From: Azolla caroliniana
Lineage: Eukaryota > Plantae > Polypodiophyta
Assembly: GCA_043228905.1 (NCBI GenBank)
Contig: JBHGNT010000010.1
Span: forward strand, 20,150,001-20,214,000
DNA: 64,000 nucleotides
Direction of reading: 5' to 3'
The translations under genes were made by a program, and so were the position numbers. Each line of letters opens with the position of its first letter. Within the stretch, counting starts at the first letter, position 1. The notes beneath the pieces are model-generated. The model made no database searches, was not told where the DNA came from, and saw nothing but the letters and a program-made list of their open reading frames with translations. Below are positions 27,521 through 45,784 of this stretch, piece after piece.

Positions 27521-28099
27521 CGTGGAAATAATTGGTTTGAAGAACAGAAATACGTTGATTATTCAATTTGTCTTGCTTTGGTTCAATCTGAGCTGTGGAT
27601 CTGCTTCAATCCAGGTTTTGATTATAAAACTAGTTGAAAAGCATGAAAATAACACATGTATATGCACAGTTGGGGATATCTGCTGCAATTCTTGTTTTGA
27701 TGACATATCAAGTTGGATTATGAAGAACAAATTGTGATATTGAATTTAGGACGTATAGATCTCCGCTTCAAACTTTGTTTTGCTTACAAATCTAGATGAA
27801 TAAAGAAACAGAAGAGTTGACACCGTACAGATCTACTTCGATCTGGTGTTTTTCACACAACAGCATAAAATTATATTGATCCGAAGTCAAGATCTGTAAA
27901 TAAATCTGTGCTTACAGACCAGATTGTTGGGAAACGGTTTGACACAACTTATTGCCACAAGCTTAACATTTGATTCAACAGAGTAGCAAAGCTCCTAAAG
28001 ATTGAATCACAGACTTCAAATGTTCTCAAATTTAAGTTACGAATCAAAACGGATGTGAAACCAACATTGAGCCTAGGAACAGGTTTAGCGGAGCCTTAC

Positions 28100-28440
28100 C
28101 ATAGAATCCAGAAACCTTGATCTTTGTCAAAACTGGGAAATACGAGAGAGGGATCTGCAAAAAATACAACCGAGCTACATTTAGCGAGCAGATCCGATTG
28201 TGAGAAGGGAGGGGGGGGGAGGGCAGTTACATAGAATACAAGAATCAAACGTAGGAAACTCAACCCTAAACTGAGTCGATCGAAGAACACGAGAGACAGA
28301 CGGACGATGAAGAAGCGGCAAAAGGATGGAATAGGAAATGGAGTGAGAGAAAAGAGAGAGAGAGAGAGAGAGAGATGGCTGCAGCTACTCTCGGATTTAC
28401 TCACTACTACTACTCACACACACACACACACACACACAAA
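28100..28440 (-). other. Probable non-coding 5' UTR exon and TC-rich leader of COPA
   Basis: Donor ATG|GTAAGG at 28100/28099 and candidate acceptor CAACTAG| at 27630. Minus-strand (TC)n tract at 28353-28375. Confidence 0.5.
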
Positions 28441-28771
28441 AACACGCGTAATCCATCCATCCTCTGCACGCACAGACAGACGGACGGACAGAGACAGAGA
28501 CGGCTCGATCCAACGGTCGCCCATCGATGGTCTGGGAGCCCCATCGGACGGTGGAGATTGGCAGCACAATTCCCCCATGTTCTCTTTCTAGTTCTGTTTC
28601 TTCCTTTTTCGTTCACACATACACTTTCTCTCTCTCTTTTAATTGTAATTAGCTTACCCTACTGGTAAGTTGTTAACACCAGAAAGCACTATGTCCTTGG
28701 TTCAAACCATAATTTCCTCACCTCTCTATTAGATACTTCACTCATATCTCTTAATTCATTCGATACCACAA

Positions 28772-28834
28772 TGGAATGTCGGGGTTGAACCCATGACCTC
28801 CTGCTCTCCATTGGGTAACCTTTCCAACTGAGCT
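28772..28834 (-). pseudogene. tRNA-derived fragment (SINE head or tRNA pseudogene), lacking 5' acceptor strand
   Basis: Minus strand AGCTCAGTTGGAAAGG...GCAGGAGGTCATGGGTTCAACCCCGACATTCCA has A-box-like and B-box-like (GGTTCAACCC) motifs at tRNA spacing. The anticodon arm does not pair and the 5' end is replaced by (GA)n. Confidence 0.6.
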
Positions 28835-28844
28835 CTCTCTCTCT

Positions 28845-34414
<5,570 letters not shown>

Positions 34415-34452
34415 AACTCCTCGGCCGTTCGTTCACAAAGTTAGTTATGAAC

Positions 34453-34607
34453 CCCACTTGAGAGGCATTACTTCCAGATTCTTCCAACGTGATTCCTAGA
34501 AGTCCGTTACACGCCCACTCGAAAGGCATTACTTCCAGATTCTTCTGATTTTATATCTTGGAGTTTGTTTCAGGCCCAACCCAAGAGGCATTACCTCCAG
34601 ATTCTTC
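34453..34607. repeat. Three ~61-62 bp tandem units with conserved core AGGCATTAC(T/C)TCCAGATTCTTC
   Basis: Cores at ~34463, ~34524 and ~34586, with weakly similar intervening sequence. Confidence 0.85.
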
Positions 34608-35234
34608 TATTCAATCACCATTGTCGTGCTTTCTAACGGCGAGCCAACCTTGCCCCGCATTCTCGATCACGCCTTAATGACCTTGCATGCTCCGAAACGG
34701 GTTCTTTGCCGCACTCTAAACCCTATACCTTCACGTTCTTTCGTTTGTCAATGACTCCTTCTTGGAACATACCCCTCAACGGTAGAGAAAAAAGGCCACC
34801 ATAACACACAAATAGGATTTCTTGCAAATTCTCGTAGTCCCATCGATCATTTGACGAATGACATGCAAACATTTGGGAAGAGGACAATATTTAAACCTAA
34901 GATATATATAAGCACCCAAATATGGGTCATGTGTCAATCACTAGAGGATACCCACTTACTTATTTTGAGGGGCAAACAATGATTCCACATCATAATAGGC
35001 AACAAGAGCCCTTAACATAAATATGTGGATCATGCAAGTTGAAAGAAGGTATAGATAATCAAGCTTGTTGTTATCCAATTATCTTATACATCCATCAACT
35101 GTATCGCTCCACTTTGATTAAGCTCTAATTAAATGTTCATTATGGGGCTCTTGCTTGAGTGATAAGGAACCTTGTGTGGACTCGAGTTTTTTGGTCCTAG
35201 TTTCAAGGTAGTCAACGTCCAAGTCAAAGAAAAA

Positions 35235-35648
35235 TGTTGAGATATCAAGCTCAACTAAGTTTAGCCATTTAGTTAACCACGTAACTTAGTAGTTACCTAA
35301 ATAGAATTTAGTTAGTGTGTTGACCACGTAGCCTTAAATAGGATTCTATACTTGAGTGGGATACGTTCTAGATCCTCCACTCACATGTTCATTAATATAG
35401 GACTTACATCTTTGTACCTATATTCTCCTCACACATGTGCACTCTTGCACATGAGATCTATAATACCTTATTGTGGGTATTTTTGTAACTTGATGTTTAT
35501 TAATATAGAGAAAAGTCTTTAGCTACACTCTTGTTAATCATCCCCCATTTATCTTATTGTTCATAAGTGTAACTTCCTCTCTCTCTTTCCCTCTCAGATA
35601 CACACACATATCTCGTTCGCTACACAGAATCACTCCCGATTCTTTACA
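35235..35648 (+). mobile_element. Solo LTR (copy A)
   Basis: TGTTGAGATATCAAGCTCAA...CAGAATCACTCCCGATTCTTTACA with TG..CA termini, flanked by AAAAA on both sides. Homologous to 36147-36500. Confidence 0.7.
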
Positions 35649-35947
35649 AAAAAGTTGTCTTTTGCGTCAATTGCTCTAGCACAAGCTCTTGTCATCTTAA
35701 GAAGAAACGGTATGAAATGGTCCAATTGGCATAAATGGATTTCTGATTCCACACTTACTTTGCATTGTACCCCTTTTTAAGTTTAAACTACAAATCAAGG
35801 ATAAAAAATGGACTTGGTCTACCCCCCTCCTCACCATGGAAAGGGACAAGTCGAGGATTTAATATATCTGTGTGTTTGAGGGTTGTAGTTGATACTAATT
35901 AGTTTATTCGAAAGGTGTGTCACTGAAATCTAGCAACGTTTTGGAGT

Positions 35948-35958
35948 AATATACATAT

Positions 35959-36022
<64 letters not shown>

Positions 36023-36030
36023 ATGTATAT
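35948..36030. repeat. (TA)n/(TATG)n/(TACA)n microsatellite
   Basis: Directly visible. Confidence 0.95.
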
Positions 36031-36146
36031 GGAGACCATATTGTTCCAAATAAATTGGTTGCTCTAAATTTTCAACTGGATGCCAACCATAATATTTATT
36101 CACAATAAGACATTAATGCATTTAGTGATTTTCACTAGTTCATTAC

Positions 36147-36500
36147 TGTAAAGAATCGAGAGTGATTCTGTGCAACGGAAGAACTGTGTGTGTGTGTGTG
36201 TGGAGAGAGAGAGAGAGCTCGAGATTACAGAAAAACAAAAAACTATATTACAATGAAACAAGAATGACCAACCACTTACAAAGAGAATGAGAGGGTGCTT
36301 ATGTAGTCACCTTCACTCTAGATTCTCTCACTAGAGGTGCCTCTTGGGAAAGAGGTCGAGTCTTAACTACTTAAAGAATGTGTCATAGGATATTAGCTTC
36401 TATGACACACTAGTTACTATACAAGGAGGTGGGGTGGCCACACACTTGAGTATCCTAGAGTGTGTTCCCACACACGAGAAATTGAGTTTGTTTCTCAACA
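36147..36500 (-). mobile_element. Solo LTR (copy B, same family, inverted)
   Basis: Reverse complement reads TGTTGAGAAACAAACTCAA...CAGAATCACTCTCGATTCTTTACA, flanked by TTAC direct repeats at 36143-36146 and 36501-36504. Confidence 0.75.
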
Positions 36501-38229
36501 TTACTTTAAACTAGTGCGGGAAGTATTTCTTCTATTTACGGCGAACGGGTTCTTATTGCTCAATAAACGATAACGATAATTCACATCAAATGAATTAGTT
36601 AAGTAATCATCGTCGTTGCAACTAAGGTCTTATTGTTCTTGGTCTCTTTTCCCGTCTCTACATGCCAAGGCACAAGCTTAACAACCATGGGCAGATTCAA
36701 CTTAATAGGTATCAAGTTGAGATCATATCAAATGTTGGTAAGGTTGTATTAAATCATGTTTTGTAGCTAGAAACTTCTTCTAGTTGTGGTTTCACAATTA
36801 ATTTGGATCAAATTTTTTTTACCGATGTTTAGTTCTTGTCTAGCGAGTGTCTCCTTCCTCACATAGGGCGTAGATTCCATGACATGCGTTTTTGACATTT
36901 GTTAATGGAGATAATGTCATATATTTTAGTTTTAGCAACTATGAGGCTTAGTATTTCCAATCTACAGTAATCATGGGACAAATCTATACTAGAAACATGG
37001 TAACATTGTAATTGGTAGGAAAATTCTCTTTACTAGGTATGAACTCGTAATGAAAAGGGGACCATTTTTTCATTTTAAATGGAAACATTCCAAGGTAGAG
37101 TTGTGTTGGGCCCTTTGGGGAAACTTGATTAGTTGTTTTTTAATAGACAAATGTAATGGATGTCATTCGATTGTGGTTTACAATCCAATTCAACCATTAA
37201 CAATTGTAATCACATGCACTCTTGTTCGCATCGCACTTGCACCCATAACCTTGATAGCTCCCACGACTCCTACCTTACTGATGATGAGAGAAAGAAAAAA
37301 GATAGAGAATAGAAGAGGAAGCAAAAAGAATACTTCAATATACTATTAGGAAAACAATACAATCCTCTTAGACTCCAAAAGTAACAACCCCAAATAACTA
37401 CTTCAATATACTATTAACCAAAATAGTCTTTCCTTCTTCTCTCTTTCTTCAACTAATCTTTTTCTTACTTCTTACTTCTTCTAATCTTCCTATTCTTCCT
37501 CACTTCTTCTTGTAGATATTCTATTCCTCCCTTTGTCTCCCCCAATTGCTAAGAATACCCTCATATTTATAGGTTTTTACTTGCATTATTCTTGATTTTT
37601 TCTTTTCTTTTCTTTCTACATCATTATTTTTGGGTTGTCATCTAAATTTGTCACACCAGAAAGCTCTCTTTGTCAGCTTCTTTACAAATCTTTTCTTTTG
37701 AAATTTGGATATGAGATGAAGAAGTTATGAGTTTTTTTCTCTGCCTATTTTATGCGTTTTTTTCTTAAATTTTTCTTTTTTCATGATTTTTCTACTTTTG
37801 GGAAACGCCTCTAACTTAATATCCCTTCAATTTCATTCGTCTTTTAAATCTTGAACCTTTCATATCGTGCTTTATTCTTATACACCTTAGCATCTGATGT
37901 ATTTGCCATGGTCTTTTTTTACGAGCAAAAATTGACTTCACACTTACCATTGAGGATTATGCGACAATCATGATTGTCCCCTTTGAAGCCTAGTTATCTT
38001 TTAGTTTTTTTAACTTCCTTCTTACCATGGTGTTTAGTGGTGTGGGGGAGTTTCCATAGACTCCCCCACACCTACTATGTCGCACATGTGTGTGTAGTTA
38101 ACCCACACCATTTACACTCCTTTCAACCATAGTCGTGATAGCTCTACAAGTCCTACATTGCCAACAAGGAATATGTGATAATTATGATCATTGCATTTGA
38201 AGACCAATTACCTTTTAGCCCTAAAATTC

Positions 38230-39500
38230 CCTTGTTCTACTTCCATCATATGAATCATCGATGCATTCCCACTTGTTGGAGATAATCCAATAGTTTAGTG
38301 GAGAAATATTCATTGTTGCCACTAAACCGAATACAATGAATGTTCTTGCTAGTGTCTTTCTCCACAATATTTTTTAACTTTCAAAAGTGATAGAACACTT
38401 CACTTTTTTTATGCATGAGGTAGCCCATGTGGTTGTTAATGAAGCTTCACCTTCTCATGCTTAGACCCTTCACCATTACTTCCCAATTAGGCTTGCTTCG
38501 CTCACATTAATTACCCCATTTCACTTCAAGATTGGAGTCATCTCATGACTCCTCATATTTGCATTGTTTGCAACATTTTCAAGATGACATAGCCAATACA
38601 TTCATGTCATATATCTATGTGGGACGTGGCGTTTTGTCCTTTGGCAAACATTGTGGATTTCAACATGTTGCCATCAAGAATAAAGTGGGTGACTGAATTG
38701 TCCCTTGTCCTTGAGGCCTTTATTGAAGAAGAAGAACCTATTACTATTGAGTTGAGCTTGCATGCCTTATTGCACTATTTGTCTGACCGATAATACGTTT
38801 TCTGCAATAGTCGCAACATGCAATATCCTCTTGATGCATTTATTATGTTCATTGTCATTGCCCAACAAGACTTCTCCAGTGTGGTGAATTGGCTGGAGTG
38901 CCATGATTGTTTCCACATAACATGGTGTGTTATGATACAATTCTTTGTGATTTTTCTTGTGGTATGATGTGCACGAGTAGAAACATGTCATCATCTTTGC
39001 TAGGGTCGTCGTTGACTTTGCCTAATGGTTCATCACAAACATTCCACCATATATTGCCATGGTTCGAGTTGACCGTAGGCAATTACTAACATCACTCTTG
39101 TTTCTTGTGAAAATCCTCGTCGATGTGCTTAGGCTTGCTACAAAACGTTTATGTTTTGTTTTGGCAACATGCTTTGCCATTGACATCCTTCTTCTTATAG
39201 AGTTTCCTTCTTTCCTTTTGCTTTCATTCAGAGGCTAGGAGAAGTTGGTAGTTTGTGAGTGTATTTCTTCCTCTTCCATCATTGGTCATGATCATCATCA
39301 GAGTTTCTATCAAGCATTTGGCTTTATTGGAGGCCACACATGCTACCACAATTTACTTCTATTGATCACATCTATTAGAGCTTGAAGAATGATGATGATA
39401 TCTCTCTAGCGATGATAGTGGTTCTTTATGTACCAAAGCATTGCCAGAGATCATTGAAGCATGTCTCCACCAAATCTACGTTGTCAATCTAGAAATATTG
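38230..39500 (-). mobile_element. Ty1/copia gag-pol remnant (protease to integrase)
   Basis: Minus strand gives GEVLLGND..ILHVATIAENVLSVRQ (copia VLHVP..NLLSV motif) and TW.YLMHKKSEVFYHF*KLKNIVEKDTSKNIHCIRF...EYFS (copia integrase core), with many stops. Confidence 0.8.
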
Positions 39501-40019
39501 ATGGAAGCAAACACAACACAAAACAACTTGATTTGGAGGATTTAGTACTTCACACCACATGTGTTGATTCGAATGTAACAGACAGAGAAGTTTGCTCAAT
39601 TGAAAGGGCTTGCACAATGTTCCGTTTGGCCATACATGACAACTAACCTGTTATTATTCAGTGGTACACAACAAGCGACCCTTGACTAGATTTGTCAAAG
39701 GACGTAACAAACTTCATGTCGATCTCTATCCATGTTTGGAGAGCGTCCGACCGAATGTGAAAAGCTCACAACAAGACACGTGAATTTCCAAGTAGCCACA
39801 AAACATACTTTCATCAACATGGGTGGATATCCGAATATGTTTTTGTTAAATGTGAGTTCAATATGTGCATTGAAATAGCGTGTTGTCCAACCTACCAAGA
39901 GACTGCTCAGAATGGTCTAACTGGTTCGGTTCGGTTTCGGCAGGCCCCATTCCAAGAATTAAATTATTTACGAAGGAAATGGCCTCAAGTTTTTGCAAAT
40001 TTGCCAGAATACCCTCTTG

Positions 40020-40060
40020 GTCTCTCTCCCAAGCACAGGAAAATAAAAGAAGAGGAAGGG

Positions 40061-40092
<32 letters not shown>

Positions 40093-40225
40093 GTAGTAGT
40101 AGCAGCAGCAGCAGAAGAAGTCATCTGTTTTTTGTTCCACCAAAAGATAGGTATTTCTCCCTTCTTCCAAAAGCTCAAAATTTCCCTCCGCCGATCTCTC
40201 TGCTCATAGATCCATTCGTACACAG
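40020..40225 (+). other. Probable first non-coding exon of SAC9 with compound (GAA)n(GTA)n(GCA)n repeat
   Basis: Leader-like sequence ending in strong donor CAG|GTAAAC at 40225/40226, followed by T/TG-rich intron-like sequence. The next clear acceptor before the CDS is at 47711. Confidence 0.5.
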
Positions 40226-40339
40226 GTAAACAGAAATTCTCGAGAGTGATATTTATTTTGTTCGTATATATATGTGTGCATATTGATTCCGATCTGTGGA
40301 CCAAGTACAAAATATTAAAAGACATAATTAATCTTTTTT

Positions 40340-40372
<33 letters not shown>

Positions 40373-40685
40373 GTATGTATGTATGTGTTGATTTGAAATG
40401 ATTATGGATTCTGATCCGTGGAATAAATAGAATTCTTGAGAGAGATATGTTTACTCTGGTTATATGTAGCTGTGTGCTTATGACCGCATCACATAATTGT
40501 CTGCTTGAGAGTGATATTTTCGTTTTTTTATATGGATGTGTTCATTTGACGTGATTATTGATCCTTGAATGCTTTGAAATGGATATTTATAGTGCTTGCA
40601 TATGTGTCTCTATGCTATCATTGATTCTGATTATTGGACATAAATAGAATGCAGGAGACTGAACAATGGAGAGAGAGAGAGAGAG

Positions 40686-43600
40686 GTATATTAACGTCTT
40701 TTAAGAGGCCAAAGTGATCTATAAGACCAAACAAGAGATTATATCTTAAGTGTTGTCTCGTCTTTGAGAACAACAAATAAAAAAGAGAAGTAAATAATAC
40801 TCCATAAATATAAAAGTATATAAGATAAAAAGAGACGCGGGAATCTGGTTTTCGGCACATGTGAGATTCTCACATGTTCGGCATAGGTCGATCCAGAATG
40901 GAAATGTCTCCGAAGCGAGGGAAGCACCTACGATGGCGGGAGGTAATGGCTTTTATCTATCGATGACAAGGGTGTTGAGGTCGTGGTCCATGGGGCTAGG
41001 GTCTACATGCACGGCAAATTGCTATTGCCCGATCAATTGTAACCCCTTTGTTGTGTCTTGGTCGGGAGCCCATTTGTGTATCCCGTGATTAACTTGTAGC
41101 ATTAGTAGGAGTGATGGGGCTAAAGAAAGTTGCGATTGTTCTTTGTGGATGAGCGTGTGTGGCTATATTCTTCAATAACTTTTCCCGATGTCTCTTGAGC
41201 TCTAGCAAGAAATGTCCTAGGCACTGTTGGTCCTCATATTCCATTACCTTGCGTAGTGGGCCAAAGCCTTGTTTAAAGAGGCAATGGTATCTCCCTTTGA
41301 TTTCATAAAAGACACTACAGTGACAAACATAGTGTTCTTCGGATTCCACTCCTTGATGACACAATTGGCAAATTCTCTCTTCTAGAGGCAATCATGTATA
41401 TTTGCCTACCTCAATCTGTAGCTGATGTGATGGAGTTCGCAGCTGCCCTATCACACTGTGTAGCGCATAGGATAGATGTATGTCCATATAAGGTGGCTTG
41501 ATGATGAATCCATCCTCCGATGTGTGTAAGAAGTGTGTCTTATAGTGAGCCATCCGCATACCAAGTGGTATTTTGGGGCTGATCCATGTTATCTTGTTTT
41601 CCAAGTTAGTAATATCAGTTCGGATCACTCTATTCTTTTCCACTTTGGTCATATTTAGATGGGGACAGTCCAAGCTATATTGGAACAGGGGTTGTGCATT
41701 TATACTCATGCCATGTGACTTGAACCATTGTTGCATTTCAGCATACCAACAATGAATGTCTCCATTTTCAGCCAGTTGTCTTGATGACATAAGTGCCAAC
41801 CTTGGGTACCATCGTTTAGGGAGCTCCCAAAGACGTTGGATAAATGTCACTGATCGGAACAATGCCTCAGTGATTATAGGTGCTGCTCCCATCTTTGCCC
41901 GGATTATATCGTGAGGCACCGATGCTTTGCTCCTTATCATGCGAGCAATCATTGACACTAAAGGTCTCTTTAAATCTTTCCAATGATTTGCCTTGTTAAG
42001 ACTCGGTCCCCCTTTTTCTTCTCCATAGAGAAGAGTTGGCGTGATAAGTGTATCAAATAACCATAGCTTAGTTCGTGGCTCGTGGAACTTCAAATATGCA
42101 CATTGTCTCTCAAGATCCTGCATATCCACAAGAAAGTTGGGCACAAGCAGCCTTCCATAAGGAGAACCTAGGCCCTGTAAATGTTACTCCTAGGTATGTG
42201 TAGGAGCGTGTGTATTCCACCTTTTTCTCTCCCAAGAAGAATTCCGGTTCTGATCTTGTTACCCATGCTTGAGTGGTGTTAAACAACATAACTTTAGTTT
42301 TATCCATGTTGATTGACAATCTTTTGTCTGTACAAAATAGTTTAAAGGCATTTAGATGTCTTTGTAGTCCCTCCAGAGAGTGAGAAATCAGCACAATATC
42401 ATCAACATATAGTAATATTTGTATAGCTATACCTGCTAGGCGTGCTCCCGAACCCCCGAATCTCTCTATGTAATGTGATACCTCATCGATATAGAGACCG
42501 AAGAGAGTGGGTGATAGTGGGCATCCTTGCTTCACTTCGGTTGTGCTAGCCACCGCCTCTGACAAACCTTTGGAAGACAACACATTTCTTGACACGGATT
42601 CATAGAGTGCATAGATTCCCCATTGCATATCTGTAGGAACACCAAGCGCTTCTAGCCGCTGCATAAGCCGAGCATGTGGCACATTGTCAAAGGATTTTTG
42701 GAAATTCACAAAGCAGCAATAAATCCTCTTATTATGGGCTTTGCCCTCCTCAACAAGGGCTTGGAGGGTGAATATGTGATCCAAAGTTGTGAACTCCTTT
42801 TGAAAGCCTGCCTATCCAACTGAACAACAGCCGTTCCGGTTTGCCCATATACTCAATTCTGATTCTAGAATCAAGCCATACAATTTAGCCAAGTAATGAC
42901 CCATCATGATTGTCCTATAGTTGCTTGGCATCAAGGGGCTAGTAGGAAAACCTTCACACATGGCTGTGTGCTAGCAATGGGAGCAAGGTGTCACGGGCAT
43001 AGATAAAGTGCTCACCCACCAATCCATCATGATCTTAGGCCTTCCCAAATTGTAGCCGATCAATGACATTTCTTACATTTTGTGTAGTAAAAAAGGTTAA
43101 TTCATGTGGGCATGAGCCATGTGGGTGGGGAAGAGGAGGTTTCCCCAGGATATCATATAGAACCTTTGCATATTCATGCCACACCTGAGATGAGGTCTGT
43201 TGTGTGGTAGGTTGCCTCTCATCAAACATTTTCCATGCTCTTTTAATTTCTTGTCCTAGAAACAAGCGGCACAAATGATCTTCAAATTTAGAGAAATACA
43301 ATCTCTTCTTCTTCCTTACAAGGCGTTGGAAGGTTGCTCTCGCTTGGTTGTGTGTATAAATGCCCCGAGTTACATCACGCTGCAAGCATCTCCTTGTATC
43401 ACGACATTCCTCATCATACCAACTATTTTGTATTACTCTCCCAAGTTGGGGGGGATTGGCTGTTGTGTGAGGAAAGGCATCTATGGCTGCTTTATGCAAT
43501 GATTTTAACAATCCTTGGGTAAGTTCTTCAAGGGTGCGAAAGGATCCAAATGGAGCATGCCATTGTATACACCACAACTATACACATCAATTGTCTCGCA

Positions 43601-45768
43601 AGTAAATAGATACATAGCCAGCCCACTCTCCTTAGCATATACATCCTTTGTGCATCCATCCTTTACCTCGAAGTGTATATGCATGAACTGCTGCCAAGCC
43701 AATAGGTCTACCCGATATAGTGAACTCTTTTATTTCAGGTATAAGCGAAGGAGATCCCATTAGATAATCGACTGTGCTTGCACCTCCTTTTGGGTTCCAA
43801 CATGTCAAAGCATTTGATCCAGGCCATTGTGACAATCCATTATATATCACAAATCCAGGCGCACTTCCCAAGGCTAGAAAGTGTTTTCAATATTCAGTCA
43901 TAGCACTCATATCTTGAGCTTGTCGCTTTAGACCAACCTCTTCTGCCATAACTTCTCCATAAACAGCCTCGTTGGTGTCAAACATAGTTGTTTGTTCATC
44001 CTTGGTTTGTGCATTAAAATCTCCTAATAGTATAATGTCCCCCATAGTAGCAAATCTTATGAAATGATCATATAATGGTAGATATGGTGATTCACCTAGA
44101 GGTGCAAACCTTTAGTAGGCAGGTGGAAAGTAGCAAATTGCAATATATAGCTCCCTAAGATCCCCTCGTTTGATTCGTATCCACATGTATCGTGCATCTA
44201 CATCCTTATGGACATCATGCACTCTATCATGGAGCTCCTTTTTGTAGAGCACAACCACTCCTCCCAAACCTCTAGTGCTTCTTGTTGTCTGAGGTTGGGG
44301 ACGACATATTGACTCCCATCTATATATCTTTGTACCTCAGGGAGTTTGCTAGCCATGCATTGGTGGGTCTCTGTATACATAGCAGTATCTGGGTTTTTGA
44401 AGATATCTTCAAAATATTCGACATCTGTCCATAGATAGCCGTTGCAATTCCATATGGTCATGCGTAGGGTCTCATAGGCCATATATCATCATGCGGTTCT
44501 CTTCTCTGTAATAATGACCTTGCTGTCTCTATATATGGCCCATTTACCTTCCTTTCTTGCATCAAACACTCGTGGCATGTTTTCTTTGCGGTGTGCCACC
44601 CTTGAGTGCCTTTCTTTTAGAGAGGAAAGCTTTTTTCTTGTCAATATCCATGAAGCGGATGATAAGTGCTTTAGCTCTAGACTCATCTCTTCCCACCCTC
44701 CACGCCGAAGCAAATGGAATATCTGATGCTCCAATCTTTGTTCCGAGATTCTTGGCATCTTCTTGTGGACTTCCCTTTTCGGCCCAACCAACCACTAGTA
44801 CATGCAACGCACGAGCTTTCCTCTTGGCTTCTTCTTCTAAAGTAGCAATCAGCATTGCAACCCTATCCATGGATGTTCCTTTTTGCTTTTTTACTACCTC
44901 TATCCAAGGAGCATTTGCTTTAATTTCATTTTGGGCATGCTCAGCTTGAGCTTTGGCATCTTTGGCATCTTTGGCCATGTCTGCCCATGTTTGCATTTCC
45001 TTCGTGACATTGGCTTCCACTGTAGAGATGCATCTTTCCACTGCTTCTTGTCCTTTTTCTAAATCCACTTTTATAGCTCCTAACTCAACCTTACTTGAGG
45101 ATATTTCATCCTTAAGGTATTGTGTCATGTCATCCTTGAGCTGTAAGTGTGATTTCTTCACATGGCTTATTATGTCTTTTCGCATTTCTTCTAATAACTC
45201 AGTTTTGAGAGGGGCATACAATTCTGTTTTCTATTTCTCTATCTCCTTTTTCATTTCTTCTTTTAGTGCTATTTCTATGTCTTCTCGAATAAGATTGATC
45301 TCTTGCGCAATCAAATGGCGTAATAAATCATGTTTCCCATTTTTGACATCAAATGGAATGTCGGATGGGGCCTGCGTTCTAGGTGCCTTGTGTGCCCTTC
45401 TAACGCTATTCGGGGTGCTTCCATCCTGTCCTTTTCGTCTATGGTATCTTCTTGGGGTCTTCCATGGATCTAGACCCTCGTCGTGCGTGTTAAGATCCAT
45501 CTTTTAATTTTCGGTCCATTAAGACTCCATGGTGTCTTAGGACAGCAGCTATAGGAGATGTTGAGGGTAGAAAGAACAATATAGATTCTAGAGATTTCTA
45601 CTGGTTAGAAAGCATAGAGGAACAGAGTTGGCAGAAGATACAGGGAATCTGATTCGGCCGAAAACGCACAGGGTCAGGCATTGCAGAAAACACAGAGGAC
45701 AGACATTGCAGAGACCGCAGACAAACATTCACATTGCAGAAAACGCAGAGGAGAGGACAGACATGGCA
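40686..45768 (-). mobile_element. Near-full-length decayed LINE of a second, non-L1-like type (RTEX/CR1/L2-like; clade unresolved)
   Basis: ORF1 (~45500-44489) is coiled-coil with ARALHVLVVGWAE. ORF2 from 44482: endonuclease (TIWNCNG, LLGDFNA, STVDYL), RT (DHIFTL, KQGCPLSPTLFGLY, LLYVDDIVL, YTYLG) and C-terminal RTPSHQLQIEVGKY..ICQLC..ESEEHYVCHC. Multiple frameshifts. Antisense within the putative SAC9 leader intron. Confidence 0.92.
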
Positions 45769-45784
45769 GAGAGAGAGAGAGAGA

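Noticed and set aside
34453-34607. CRISPR-like pattern of a 22-bp repeat with ~40-bp spacers
   Set aside because: Only three units, the spacers resemble each other, the context is eukaryotic and there are no cas genes. It is a tandem repeat.
37250-37830. Purine/pyrimidine-biased LTR-like segment
   Set aside because: Termini, TSD and primer-binding site could not be defined.
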